Below, piece by piece: positions 18,789 to 29,077 of a stretch of 64,000 nucleotides of DNA. The DNA is from an uncultured Ignavibacteriales bacterium (lineage in GTDB: Bacteria > Bacteroidota > Ignavibacteria > Tepidaquicellales > OLB5). The stretch lies in contig CAYWTS010000004.1 in NCBI GenBank assembly GCA_964461265.1, positions 52,112 through 116,111 on the forward strand, read 5' to 3'. The notes under the pieces were generated by a model that was given only the letters and a program-made list of their open reading frames with translations, was not told the DNA's origin and made no database searches. The position numbers and the translations under genes were made by a program. The number at the start of each line of letters is the position of its first letter. Position 1 is the first letter of the stretch.

Positions 18789-19949
18789 ATGAAAAACATA
18801 GCAATACTCGGGTCAACCGGTTCAATTGGCAGAAATACACTTGAAGTAGTCAGGAATTTAAACAAAAATTCCTATCCTGTTAAGGTAAAATATTTATCTG
18901 CTAATTCAAATTTTGAGCTTTTAACAGAACAAATTGACGAATTTAAACCTAATGCTGCTGTGCTTTATGACCATAATTATTTTGCTGAGTTTAAGCACAC
19001 TAACAGGTACAACAAATGCGAATTATTTCACGGTAAAGACGGTCTGTACGAACTTATACGAAGGAACGATTACGATATTGCGGTAAACGCCCTGGTTGGA
19101 TTTGTCGGATTAATTCCAACCATGGAAGCAATAAGGCACGGAAAAGACATTGCTCTTGCTAATAAAGAATCACTGGTTGTAGCTGGAGAATTGATTAATA
19201 ACCTGATTACGCATTCAAAATCAAGGCTATTTCCGATTGACAGTGAACACAGTGCAATACAGCAGTGCATCAGGGGCGAGCCTCAAAATAAGGTTACAAA
19301 GCTAACGCTCACAGCATCAGGGGGTCCTTTTTTAAATTACTCGAAGGATTTGTTTAAGAATGTGACTACCGAAGAAGCATTGCAGCACCCGAACTGGAAG
19401 ATGGGAAATAAAATTACCATCGATTCTGCCACACTGATGAACAAAGGATTTGAAATTATTGAGGCAAAATGGTTGTTTGATATAGAAGTGGAAAATATTG
19501 AGGTTCTTATACATCCGCAATCAATTGTTCACTCGCTTGTAGAGTTTGTTGACGGTTCGGTAAAAGCACAGCTTGGTATGCCGGATATGAAAATACCTAT
19601 ACAATATGCACTAACTTATCCCGATAGAATCAGCTCCGATTACCCAAGACTTGATTTATCGATACTGAAAACACTGACTTTTGAAAGCCCCGATTTTGAA
19701 AAGTTCGAGTGCCTGAAGCTGGCTTATGAAGTGATTAAGCTTGGGGGATCTTATCCTGTTGTTTTAAACGCAGCCAATGAAGTAGCTGTTGAAATGTTTC
19801 TGAACCGTATGATAAAGTTTAATGAAATTCCTGCTTTGATAAAAAGAACACTTGAAAAACATAATAATCATTCTTTAAATGATATTGACTCAATTGTTGA
19901 AACCGATATCGAGTCGAGAGAAACAGCAAAACAAATGAAAATTAATTAA
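18789..19949 (+). CDS. dxr: 1-deoxy-D-xylulose-5-phosphate reductoisomerase
   Basis: 386 aa. ILGSTGSIGRNTLEV, LANKESLV, PIDSEHSAI.QC and HPNW.MG.KITIDSATLMNKG motifs throughout. Confidence 0.95.
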   Translation: MKNIAILGSTGSIGRNTLEVVRNLNKNSYPVKVKYLSANSNFELLTEQIDEFKPNAAVLYDHNYFAEFKHTNRYNKCELFHGKDGLYELIRRNDYDIAVNALVGFVGLIPTMEAIRHGKDIALANKESLVVAGELINNLITHSKSRLFPIDSEHSAIQQCIRGEPQNKVTKLTLTASGGPFLNYSKDLFKNVTTEEALQHPNWKMGNKITIDSATLMNKGFEIIEAKWLFDIEVENIEVLIHPQSIVHSLVEFVDGSVKAQLGMPDMKIPIQYALTYPDRISSDYPRLDLSILKTLTFESPDFEKFECLKLAYEVIKLGGSYPVVLNAANEVAVEMFLNRMIKFNEIPALIKRTLEKHNNHSLNDIDSIVETDIESRETAKQMKIN

Positions 19950-19954
19950 TCTTT

Positions 19955-21283
19955 ATGGAAATATTCAATTCGATACTTTACTTTTTGATAACGATAATCA
20001 TTCTTGTATTCGTGCATGAGTTCGGTCATTTTGTAGCTGCCAAGCTCTGCCGTATGAGGGTTGACAAGTTTTATCTTTTCTTCGATTTTTTTAACCTCAG
20101 ACTATTCAAATTCGTGAAAGGTGATACAGAGTACGGTATAGGAGTATTTCCACTTGGAGGATATGTAAAGGTTGCCGGTATGATTGATGAAAGCATGGAC
20201 ACCGAGTTCATCAACCGTGAGCCGCAGCCATGGGAATTCAGGTCTAAACCTGTTTGGCAACGTATGTTCGTTATTACTGCCGGTGTTATTATGAATACTT
20301 TACTGGCTTTCCTGATATTTTTTATTATTGTGATTGTGCAAGGCAAAAGCCGTATGGATACAACGACAGTTGGTTATGTATCGGTGAACTCTGTAGCTAA
20401 TAAATCGGGTATTTTGCCGGGAGATAAAATTATTTCGGTCAATTCGCATAATGTGCAGTACTGGGATGAGGTAAAAGCTGCAATCTTTATCGAAAGTATG
20501 GGAGAGGATTTAACAATCGGCTTTATAAGGAATGGAGAATCGAAATCCGTTTTTATTCCAAGATCAGAGCTCAGGGATATTAACGAGAGGTCATTTGGCT
20601 TATTTGTCGAAAATATGGTTCCGGAAATATCACAGGTTTCACCGGATAAGCCTGCCGGTAAGCTTGGCTTACAGCCGGGTGATATAATTATTGAGGCTGA
20701 TGGAAAAGCAATTACTCATTCCCAGCAATTTGTGGATATTATTAAATTAAATGCCAACAAAGAATTTTCTTTGAAATGGCTGCGGGGCGGAACTGAAATG
20801 AATGGTTCTATCAAGCCTGATCCTGCTGATAGCACGATAGGAGTTAATGTATTTAAGTATGCAGGAAGTATAAAAAATATTAAGTATAATGTATTCACCG
20901 CTATCCCGGAAGGATTTAAAGATCTCTGGAATTATGGTGTCGTATTATTTCTTAAGTCGATATGGAAAATTATTAAAGGCGACATAGCTTTTTCGAAGGC
21001 AGTGGGAGGACCTGTAAAAATAGCTCAATATGCAGGTCAATCGGCCGAAGGAGGCTTGTTCTCGTTTCTCGGGTTTATGGCAATGCTCTCGATAACACTC
21101 GCAATAATAAACATATTGCCCTTCCCTGCACTTGACGGCGGACATTTTATGTTCCTTCTGTTTGAAGCTGTTTTCAGGAAACCTGTATCACATAAAGTCC
21201 AGATTGTAGTTCAAAATGTCGGCTTTGTTCTGCTTATGCTGTTTATGGCATTTGTGGTTTATAATGATATCAGACATATCTGA
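19955..21283 (+). CDS. rseP: RIP metalloprotease RseP (site-2 protease)
   Basis: 442 aa. HEFGHF zinc motif in TM1, PDZ-like segments (PGD.I..V/PGDIIIEADG), C-terminal NILPFPALDGGH motif. Canonical dxr-rseP adjacency. Confidence 0.9.
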   Translation: MEIFNSILYFLITIIILVFVHEFGHFVAAKLCRMRVDKFYLFFDFFNLRLFKFVKGDTEYGIGVFPLGGYVKVAGMIDESMDTEFINREPQPWEFRSKPVWQRMFVITAGVIMNTLLAFLIFFIIVIVQGKSRMDTTTVGYVSVNSVANKSGILPGDKIISVNSHNVQYWDEVKAAIFIESMGEDLTIGFIRNGESKSVFIPRSELRDINERSFGLFVENMVPEISQVSPDKPAGKLGLQPGDIIIEADGKAITHSQQFVDIIKLNANKEFSLKWLRGGTEMNGSIKPDPADSTIGVNVFKYAGSIKNIKYNVFTAIPEGFKDLWNYGVVLFLKSIWKIIKGDIAFSKAVGGPVKIAQYAGQSAEGGLFSFLGFMAMLSITLAIINILPFPALDGGHFMFLLFEAVFRKPVSHKVQIVVQNVGFVLLMLFMAFVVYNDIRHI

Positions 21284-21395
21284 TAAACCCTGAGTCAGTC
21301 ATGAGCGTGGTCGAATTACGAAGCAGAAGGGTTTCAGGTTACAAGTTACTAATTTTTATTTTAGTATAGAATCCTTCGGCTTTGCTCAGGATTAA

Positions 21396-21743
21396 TCATT
21401 TCACTTTCACCGGAACTTCATAACCATAAATCTGGCTTCCGTTAACTTTTTGTATATCAACGGGTATCTGGTTATCCCATAAATCACGTCCTTTAATCGA
21501 TTGCAAATCAACAGGCATACCGTTGTTTATACTTCTTGAGTTCACTTCTTTTACGTTAACCGGCAGCTCATCACCCCAAATGCTTTGACCGTTTATCGAT
21601 TTAATATTTACATCCTGCACAGTCTGTAATGCCCGTAAGTCCTTTGGTGAGAAATACAGATTAAATGTAATCAAAAGCAGGCATAAAGCGATAATACTAA
21701 GCACAATTTTAGTGTAAATATCGTTTTTGTTTAAGTTTAGCAT
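21396..21743 (-). CDS. Hypothetical membrane-anchored protein with four ~17-18-aa tandem repeats
   Basis: 115 aa. N-terminal TM (IVLSIIALCLLLITFNLYF), then repeats VNIKSINGQSIWGDELPV / NVKEVNSRSINNGMPV / DLQSIKGRDLWDNQIPV / DIQKVNGSQIYGYEVPV. No family recognised. Confidence 0.5.
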   Translation of the reverse strand: MLNLNKNDIYTKIVLSIIALCLLLITFNLYFSPKDLRALQTVQDVNIKSINGQSIWGDELPVNVKEVNSRSINNGMPVDLQSIKGRDLWDNQIPVDIQKVNGSQIYGYEVPVKVK

Positions 21744-21886
21744 TTTATTCCCCTGTTTTAAGTTTATAAATGTAGTGATTATATTTAATAAGTTTGTTTG
21801 TTATATTTATCTAAAAATAAGGCATTTGGAATCATTTTTAAATATAAATTTTGGTTTTAATGTAATATCATCACGGATAATTATTT

Positions 21887-23188
21887 ATGGAAGTTGAAAG
21901 TATACTTTTTGAGATAATTATTGTAATACTGCTTGTTCTTGCCAATGCTTTTTTCGTAGCAGCAGAATTTGCGATTGTAAAAGTACGTTCTTCTCAGTTA
22001 CAACCGCTTGCCGATAAGGATAATAAGCGTGCTAAAATTGCAGTTAAGGTCATTTCACATCTCGATACTTACCTTTCAGCTTCTCAGGTTGGTATTACAA
22101 TGGCTTCTCTGGGACTTGGCTGGGTTGGTGAACCAGTTGCAATTAAAATACTTGAACCGCTGTTTACCTGGGTAGGCATTACACATCCGCAAACTATAAA
22201 AACACTTGCAATTTTAATTGGATTTATTTTCCTTACATTTCTTCATATTTCAATAGGTGAGCAGGCACCCAAAATGCTCGCTATTAAATACTCCAAATCT
22301 ACTTCTATGTTTGTTGCGATACCGTTAAACACTTTCTATCTCGTGTTTAAACCGGTAATCTGGCTGCTTAACACATCAGCTAATTTTGTTTTACGTATGA
22401 TAGGAATACAGCAGGTGAGCGAAGCAGAACGGTTTCATTCGGAGGAAGAGCTTAGGATATTGATTGCAGAAGGTCGTAAATCGGGTGCAATCGATTCTAC
22501 AGAACACCAGCTGATTGAAAAGATATTTGAATTCAACGATAAGATTGCACGCGAAATTATGGTTCCGCGTAACCATATGGTCGCACTTAACATTGAAGAT
22601 ACAAGAGAAAATATTTACCGCACTGTTACGGAGGAGGGATTTTCACGTTTGCCTGTGTATAAAGATACTATAGATAATATTGTTGGTATTATATACACAA
22701 AAGACCTTATCTCTGCAGCCGAGCACAGGGAACTGATAATGCTGTCTGATATTATAAGACCGGCAACATTTGTCTCGGACACGAAACGTATTGGCGACCT
22801 GTTAAAAGAACTTCAGAAGAAAAAAGTACATCTTGCAATTGTTGTTGATGAATATGGCGGTGTAGAAGGACTTGTAACAATGGAAGATATATTGGAGGAA
22901 ATTGTTGGCGAAATACAAGACGAGTATGATATAGATACACAGGAAGTTATCCCAGAAAAAGGAGGCATGTATCTTGTGAATCCAATAATATCTATCGAGG
23001 ATTTCAACAAACGCTTTAATTTTAATATTCCTGAAGATACGGATTATCAAACATTAAATGGCTTCCTGCAGAAAGTAACGGGACATATACCTGATATTTA
23101 TGAAAGAATTGATTATAAAGGAATAAGCTTTATAATTACAAAAAAATCGGGTAATAAAGTACTGCAAATTAGGGTGCAGAAGTTATAA
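21887..23188 (+). CDS. Hemolysin-family / CNNM (DUF21-CBS pair-CorC_HlyC) membrane protein
   Basis: 433 aa. DUF21 N-terminus (NAFFVAAEFAIVKVR), CBS pair (IMVPRN....L), and TMEDILEEIVGEI.DE with a CorC_HlyC C-terminus. Confidence 0.9.
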   Translation: MEVESILFEIIIVILLVLANAFFVAAEFAIVKVRSSQLQPLADKDNKRAKIAVKVISHLDTYLSASQVGITMASLGLGWVGEPVAIKILEPLFTWVGITHPQTIKTLAILIGFIFLTFLHISIGEQAPKMLAIKYSKSTSMFVAIPLNTFYLVFKPVIWLLNTSANFVLRMIGIQQVSEAERFHSEEELRILIAEGRKSGAIDSTEHQLIEKIFEFNDKIAREIMVPRNHMVALNIEDTRENIYRTVTEEGFSRLPVYKDTIDNIVGIIYTKDLISAAEHRELIMLSDIIRPATFVSDTKRIGDLLKELQKKKVHLAIVVDEYGGVEGLVTMEDILEEIVGEIQDEYDIDTQEVIPEKGGMYLVNPIISIEDFNKRFNFNIPEDTDYQTLNGFLQKVTGHIPDIYERIDYKGISFIITKKSGNKVLQIRVQKL

Positions 23189-23268
23189 GTTAGTCAACTG
23201 GTTAATTAGTTAATTGGTTAAATGGTTAATTTGTGAATAGTGAATGGTTAATAACAAATTATTAATTG

Positions 23269-25377
23269 TTATTTAATACTTACCTTCATTCTTGCATCAA
23301 GTATCCGGCATTTCGATTTTTCAGGAGAAAAAACGAACGGGTTAAAGTCAATTTCCTCAAATTGAGGGAAGTCGGTAACAAGCTGTGACAATCTCAGCAA
23401 ATTTTCCTTAATAATTTCTATATCAACCTTTTCCTTTCCTCTCGTCCCTGCAAGCAGCTTATAGCATTTTACAGATTTTATTAATGATTCCGCTTCAACA
23501 TCTGTAATGGGCACCAGCCGGAATTTAACATCTTTAAAAACTTCGACATAAATACCGCCAAGACCAAACATTATTAGATGCCCTGCTTTTTCGTCTTTCG
23601 ATACCCCCATAATTGTTTCCACACCGCCTAAAAGAAACGGCTGAACAATAAATCCCTCAAGATGTTTCAGCAGGTTATGGCTGTTTAGTTTTTCTTTCAT
23701 ACGGTTTGCTATGCTCAGCAGTTCGGCTTCGGTGTGTATATCCACTGCAACTCCGCCTATATCCGATTTATGTATTAATTCTTTACCCATTGTTTTAAGC
23801 ACAACCGGGTACCCGATATTTTTTGCCGTAAGCAGCATTTCTTCATCATTTTTAACAAGGTATGTTTCTATAAGAGGGAAACCGTACGCTTTTAAAATTT
23901 CTTTTGCCTTATCGAAACGTATATACTGCGTTCCTGTTCGATGACCGGTAAGCAGCTTTCGCACTATAGTTTTGTTAACACTGTAATTAATAATTTTTCC
24001 CTGTGGTGTTTCCTGCCATTTTTTATACCGCAGCATTTGTCCGATAGCTCTCGCTGCCGGTTCGGGAAAACGGAATGTAGGAGGATGTTCCGGCATTACA
24101 ACCCGCAGACGGGAAATAATATCGTCTTGCGACATTAACACAATCATACAGGTTTTATCGGATGTCTTTGCAGCATTACAAATTGATTTACCGATTTCAA
24201 GTGTATCGAGCATTAACGGCGGCCCTAATATTACTATCAGCGAATCTATGTTCGGGTCTTCAAGCATAACCTTTGTCGCATTGTAATACATTTCTGCTGT
24301 TGCAGGCGGAAGCATATCGACGGGATTAAAAACCGAACCCTCGGGTGGTGCTATTTTACGCAATTTTTCCTGTGTAATTTTTTCAAGTTCAGGTATTAGC
24401 AATCTCTCATTTTCACATTCATCTACTGCAAGAATTGCAGGCCCCCCCGCATTTGTTAGTATTCCTACCCTGTTTCCTTTTGGCAGGTTTGCATTATCGA
24501 AGGCTTTGGCAATATCAAACATTTCATCGGTTGTATTTACCCTTATCACCCCGCCCTGTTCTAGAAAGGCATCAACTACTGTATCGGATGTTGCCAGCGC
24601 CCCGGTATGTGATGAAGCTGCCTTAACACCCGCAGCAGTCCTTGCAGATTTTATTACAATAACAGGTTTCTTCTTTGTAATCTCGCGTGTAAGTTCCATA
24701 AATTTCCTTGCGTTACCGAACGATTCAAGATAAACCGTGATTACTTTAATGTGCGGGTTATCTTTCCAGAATTCAAGAACTGTATTACCCGATACATCTG
24801 CTTTGTTTCCTATACTCAGGAACTGGCCAAAGCCAACATCATTTAACTGGACGGTTTTAAGCACAGCAGCTCCCAGAGCACCGCTTTGAGATACAAATCC
24901 AATACCTCCGTGTATGGGCGTGCCCAGAACAAAAGTACCGTTCATTCTTATATCTGGGTGTGTGTTGATGATACCCATGCAGTTGGGTCCTATCAAAGTC
25001 ATTTTGTATTTTTTGATCTTCTGAACGAGTGCTTTTTCAACTTCAGCACCTTCACTGCCGACTTCCTTAAATCCAGCTGTTATTACAACTATCGATTTGA
25101 TTTTCTTTTTATTACAATCGTCTATTGCCGGAAGCACAAGATTACGAGGCAGCATGATAATAGCCATATCAATCTTATCCTTTATTCCGTATACATATGA
25201 GTGTGCTTTTATGCTGTGAACTGAATCAGCTTTCGGGTTTACCGGAAACAGTTTACCGGTGTAACCAAAGTTGATTAAATTGTTGACCAATTCCCAGCTT
25301 AGGGTTCCTTTTTTTGACGATGCTCCAATTATTGCAATCGATTTAGGATATAGAAAGTTTGTTAAGTCTTTTTTCAT
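23269..25377 (-). CDS. ADP-forming (NDP-forming) acetyl/acyl-CoA synthetase, fused alpha-beta form
   Basis: 702 aa. CoA-binding N-terminus (PKSIAIIGAS...), GPNCMGI, phosphohistidine loop ASSHTGALA, C-terminal ATP-grasp. Starts 17 nt after the wzx-like gene on the same strand. Confidence 0.85.
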   Translation of the reverse strand: MKKDLTNFLYPKSIAIIGASSKKGTLSWELVNNLINFGYTGKLFPVNPKADSVHSIKAHSYVYGIKDKIDMAIIMLPRNLVLPAIDDCNKKKIKSIVVITAGFKEVGSEGAEVEKALVQKIKKYKMTLIGPNCMGIINTHPDIRMNGTFVLGTPIHGGIGFVSQSGALGAAVLKTVQLNDVGFGQFLSIGNKADVSGNTVLEFWKDNPHIKVITVYLESFGNARKFMELTREITKKKPVIVIKSARTAAGVKAASSHTGALATSDTVVDAFLEQGGVIRVNTTDEMFDIAKAFDNANLPKGNRVGILTNAGGPAILAVDECENERLLIPELEKITQEKLRKIAPPEGSVFNPVDMLPPATAEMYYNATKVMLEDPNIDSLIVILGPPLMLDTLEIGKSICNAAKTSDKTCMIVLMSQDDIISRLRVVMPEHPPTFRFPEPAARAIGQMLRYKKWQETPQGKIINYSVNKTIVRKLLTGHRTGTQYIRFDKAKEILKAYGFPLIETYLVKNDEEMLLTAKNIGYPVVLKTMGKELIHKSDIGGVAVDIHTEAELLSIANRMKEKLNSHNLLKHLEGFIVQPFLLGGVETIMGVSKDEKAGHLIMFGLGGIYVEVFKDVKFRLVPITDVEAESLIKSVKCYKLLAGTRGKEKVDIEIIKENLLRLSQLVTDFPQFEEIDFNPFVFSPEKSKCRILDARMKVSIK

Positions 25378-25393
25378 TGTTGTATTTTTAATA

Positions 25394-26866
25394 TTATATG
25401 TCCAGACTTGTTACACCCTTTACAGGTTTTTTAGCTTCTTTTAAGCTTGTAAGCTTATCTATAATTTTTTTAAACTCTTCTGATTTACGGAATGTGAAAT
25501 AAAAATATGCTGCAGCAAAAATACCAAACAAAACACTTATTACTACCCGTGTGTAAATACGGAAGCTGAAATAATAAGTTAAGGCAACCAGCATAAATGC
25601 CGGGATAAAAACTACAAAAACTTTTCTGTAATTGAATGAAATCGGGTAATATTTTTGTGAGTAAATTAATGTAAGCAAAAATATCAATGAATTGGCACAG
25701 GTTATTGAAATTGCAGCACCTATAGAACCATAAACGGGAGTTAGAAGATAATTTAATAGGATATTGAATGCCGCTCCGGATATTGTTATCCATATTGTGT
25801 GCTGTAATTTCTTGGCAAGGTTCATGCCTGTAACCACAATAAAATATCCGCTTGATATTACGGCACTGAGACATAAAAGAGGAATAACAGCCTTTGCTCC
25901 GTAATAATCGGGTTGAGTAAACACCTTTAAAATATCTATTGCAAACATTGAAATGTAAAACACACCGATAATATTAAGAATAGCATAAAGCAGAAAGACT
26001 TTAGCATAAATATGTTTAGCATTTTCCTGGAACTGGATATCTGCAGCGAAAGGACCCCATGCCAGCTGTATTGCACCTGCAACCAGCCCTACAAAGCTTG
26101 CTACTTTGATACCTACCGAATAAATACCCACAGCAGAAAGATTAGAGAAATGTGCGAGGAAATATACGTCGGTTGAAGTGAGTACCCAGACAGCAATTCC
26201 GGTTCCAATCAGCGGGAATCCGTATTTAAGAATACTCTTGAACCAGAAACCGGAAAATCTTAAACCATATCTGTTTATTACATAAACCAAAGTGAAAACG
26301 AATAGCAAGCCATAAGATAACAATCCGGCAATTAGTGCTCCTTCGATACCTGCTTTTAGGATTAGTACATAATAAATCGATAAACCTATATTTAAAAGTA
26401 TTCCTGCTGTAGAAACTACCGTGTATAACCATTGCTTGAATTCAAACCTCAGCAGGTCATACAGGAAAGAACTCACCGAAGCAAAAACGATTGTTGCCCC
26501 GGTAATTATTATGAATAGTTTCTGTTCTCTACCGAATAACACATCCGATAAGATACCTGAACACAATAGTATTATTAAAAAAGCAGTAACAGAAAAAAGC
26601 AATCTTATCCACAAAGCCGAAGTAATCATTTCTTTCCGCTGGTCGAAATATTCCTTCCTGAAGTAATAATATCCCAGAGATGAATCGGTACCCGATACAA
26701 TAAGAAAAGTGCTGACTAAGCTGATAGTACCAAGCAGGTTTAATATACCGTAATCTTCAGGAACAAGTGCGGCAGTGTAAAGAGGAAGTAAAAAAACACC
26801 GATTAACTTGCCAATATACCGGCTTAAGCCATATACAATTGCCTCTTTAAATATTCTTTTTAGCAT
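25394..26866 (-). CDS. Polysaccharide flippase, Wzx/MOP (oligosaccharide flippase) family
   Basis: 490 aa, about 12-14 TM segments. N-terminus GLSRYIGKLIGVFLLPLYT typical of PST-family flippases. Context in the glycan locus. Confidence 0.8.
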   Translation of the reverse strand: MLKRIFKEAIVYGLSRYIGKLIGVFLLPLYTAALVPEDYGILNLLGTISLVSTFLIVSGTDSSLGYYYFRKEYFDQRKEMITSALWIRLLFSVTAFLIILLCSGILSDVLFGREQKLFIIITGATIVFASVSSFLYDLLRFEFKQWLYTVVSTAGILLNIGLSIYYVLILKAGIEGALIAGLLSYGLLFVFTLVYVINRYGLRFSGFWFKSILKYGFPLIGTGIAVWVLTSTDVYFLAHFSNLSAVGIYSVGIKVASFVGLVAGAIQLAWGPFAADIQFQENAKHIYAKVFLLYAILNIIGVFYISMFAIDILKVFTQPDYYGAKAVIPLLCLSAVISSGYFIVVTGMNLAKKLQHTIWITISGAAFNILLNYLLTPVYGSIGAAISITCANSLIFLLTLIYSQKYYPISFNYRKVFVVFIPAFMLVALTYYFSFRIYTRVVISVLFGIFAAAYFYFTFRKSEEFKKIIDKLTSLKEAKKPVKGVTSLDI

Positions 26867-26875
26867 ATGATAAAT

Positions 26876-27922
26876 CTATTGGAGCAGCAAATCGGCATAC
26901 TGCTTTGCTATTTTTCTTGAATCATGATTTTGGATTACGTAATTACGTCCTTTTAATCCCGTATCTCTCCACATGTTTTGATTCTGTAAACAATGTTTTA
27001 ATACTTCGTAAATATTACCGGGATTTGCATTAATGATAGGACAATCATCCGGTAATGCTTTGACTACATCATCTCTCAGGTAACATATAACCGGCTTGCT
27101 GAACATCATTGCTTCAAGAGGCAGCATGCCATACCAGCCCTGTATGAGCTGGTCTACAATTATATCAGCTTTTTGAATTTCTTCGTATAATTCTTTTATT
27201 GTGACGTTGTTCACTAGCTTAAAGTCGAATTTGAATTCTTTTTTTAATTTTTTTACTGCTTCTACCAGATATTTAGTTCCTTTATATCCGAAATTACTGG
27301 GAGCATGGAGAATCACAGGGGTTTTGTTATTTTTTTTAGCTGTATATTCAGGGAAGTCTTCAATATTGATAGGCTGAATTACGTTCACATATTCCCGTTC
27401 CAGGGCATCGGATATTGCGGTATGGCTCACTATGTAATCTGCTACTTCTTCAATTCTTCTGGTTCTGAGGAGCTTTTTTTCAGGTACACAGCCAACAAAA
27501 TTCTTATACTCCTGTTCACAATTATGACATGCTGAAAATGGAATATCTTTCCTGAAAGTCAGTTCAGGTTGTTGTACATCGCATCCGAGAAAAATCATCA
27601 TGGTTTTCTTGTTGAATTTCCTGTAATAATTAAAATCTCTGTAATTTTTCAGGAGTGATTCACCGGAAAAAAAAATAAATGCATCATATTTAAACAAGCT
27701 TTTAAGAAAAAATAATCTGACATATAATCTTTTAAGCCATATATTGGAAAACGATTTAATCCGATGTGAGTATGAAGTGTCATAATTAAAAGGGTGTTCC
27801 CCGCTGATGTATAAATCGGCTTTAATACCGATGCTTCTAAAACCTTTTACCAGCCTTGTGCCATAACCGGCAGTATTACTTAATCCGATAAATATTCTTT
27901 TTCCCATCTTTGTTTTTTTCAT
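26876..27922 (-). CDS. Putative GT-B fold glycosyltransferase (GT4-like C-terminal half)
   Basis: 348 aa. C-terminal half has HAPSN.GYKGT.YL..A and GMLPLEAMMFSKPVI (the EX7E-region pattern of GT4). The N-terminal half is atypical and carries CHNC...C. 47-nt overlap with the upstream gene, or 32 nt if Met6 is the start. Confidence 0.55.
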   Translation of the reverse strand: MKKTKMGKRIFIGLSNTAGYGTRLVKGFRSIGIKADLYISGEHPFNYDTSYSHRIKSFSNIWLKRLYVRLFFLKSLFKYDAFIFFSGESLLKNYRDFNYYRKFNKKTMMIFLGCDVQQPELTFRKDIPFSACHNCEQEYKNFVGCVPEKKLLRTRRIEEVADYIVSHTAISDALEREYVNVIQPINIEDFPEYTAKKNNKTPVILHAPSNFGYKGTKYLVEAVKKLKKEFKFDFKLVNNVTIKELYEEIQKADIIVDQLIQGWYGMLPLEAMMFSKPVICYLRDDVVKALPDDCPIINANPGNIYEVLKHCLQNQNMWRDTGLKGRNYVIQNHDSRKIAKQYADLLLQ

Positions 27923-29051
27923 AAAACCGGTAGATGTTTTCCGTTACTTTGTTAACCTGTTCCAGTGATAATTCGTAGTAAAGCGGGAGTCTCAACAGAT
28001 GCTTTGAAAATAATTCGGAATTCGGCAGTATTCTGCCATCGTGTTTTCTTTTGTAAAAAGGCGATTTATGCAGCGGGAGGTAATGAAAAACTGCAAGTAT
28101 CCCGTTTTTCTTTAAATAATTTATCAAAGCTGTCCGTTCACCGGTGTTTCTGCATAAAATATAAAATAAATGTCCGTTATTAGTTGCATATTCCGGAAGT
28201 TTTGGCATTTTAAAACAGGCTTCCTGTTCTAACGGTTTAAGCTTCTCGTAGTATGTTTGCCATAATAATATTCTTTTAGCTTGAATTTTCTTCAGATTTT
28301 TAAGCTGAGAATATAAAAATGCTGCAATAATATCTGAAGGAAGAAATGAAGAACCGATGTCGACCCACCCATATTTATTTACTTCACCCCTGAAGAAAGA
28401 AGAGCGGTTAGTACCTTTTTCTCTGATTATTTCGGCTCTTTTAATATATTTCTCATTGTTTATTATTATCATACCTCCTTCGCCCGAGATTATATTTTTA
28501 GTTTCGTGAAAAGAAAAGGTTGAAAATGTACCAAAGGAACCCAAGGGCTGTTGATAATAATAAGAATCGATTGAATGTGCACAGTCTTCAATAATAGTTA
28601 TACCATACTTTTGAGCTATTTTTATTAATATATCCATTTCACAGGCAACACCACCGTAGTGCACAATAATGATTGCTTTTGTTTTTTTATTTATAAGAGG
28701 CTCAATTTTTGACAGGTCAATATTTGGATTATCAGGCATGCTGTCTGCGAATACTATTTTAGCACCGCGTAGTACAAAAGCATTTGCAGTTGAAACAAAT
28801 GTAAAAGAAGGACAAATAATTTCATCCCCTTCTTCGATATTGAGCAGCAGTGCTGCCATTTCCAGCGCATCAGTACAGCTTGTGGTTAATAAGGCTTTTC
28901 TAAAATGATACTTTTTCTCAAAAAACTGTTGGCATCTTGCGGTAAACATACCGTCTCCCGAAATCTTTCCTGAAGATACAGCCTTTTTAATATATTCAGT
29001 CTCTTTTCCTGTAAAATAAGGTTTATTAAAAGGTATTGTGAATTTTTTCAT
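27876..29051 (-). CDS. dTDP-4-amino-4,6-dideoxy-hexose transaminase (WecE/RffA-type DegT-family aminotransferase)
   Basis: 391 aa. IPFNKPYFTGKE.EYI..AV.SGKISGDG.F...C..F N-terminus is the WecE-type signature. PLP-lysine motif SFHETKNIISGEGG. Confidence 0.8.
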   Translation of the reverse strand: MKKFTIPFNKPYFTGKETEYIKKAVSSGKISGDGMFTARCQQFFEKKYHFRKALLTTSCTDALEMAALLLNIEEGDEIICPSFTFVSTANAFVLRGAKIVFADSMPDNPNIDLSKIEPLINKKTKAIIIVHYGGVACEMDILIKIAQKYGITIIEDCAHSIDSYYYQQPLGSFGTFSTFSFHETKNIISGEGGMIIINNEKYIKRAEIIREKGTNRSSFFRGEVNKYGWVDIGSSFLPSDIIAAFLYSQLKNLKKIQAKRILLWQTYYEKLKPLEQEACFKMPKLPEYATNNGHLFYILCRNTGERTALINYLKKNGILAVFHYLPLHKSPFYKRKHDGRILPNSELFSKHLLRLPLYYELSLEQVNKVTENIYRFYEKNKDGKKNIYRIK

Positions 29052-29077
29052 GTTTCGGGAAAATTTCTTGTGTGTAA

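Noticed and set aside
23195-23268. Clustered (T)GGTTAAT-like words (23199, 23209, 23215, 23223, 23245) and GTGAATAG/TGAATGG between two convergent genes. Considered as a repeat array or operator set.
   Set aside because: The spacing is irregular (7-22 bp), the units are very short and AT-rich, and there are no spacers or flanking structure. It looks like low-complexity slippage in a convergent 3' intergenic region, not a CRISPR array or regulatory array.
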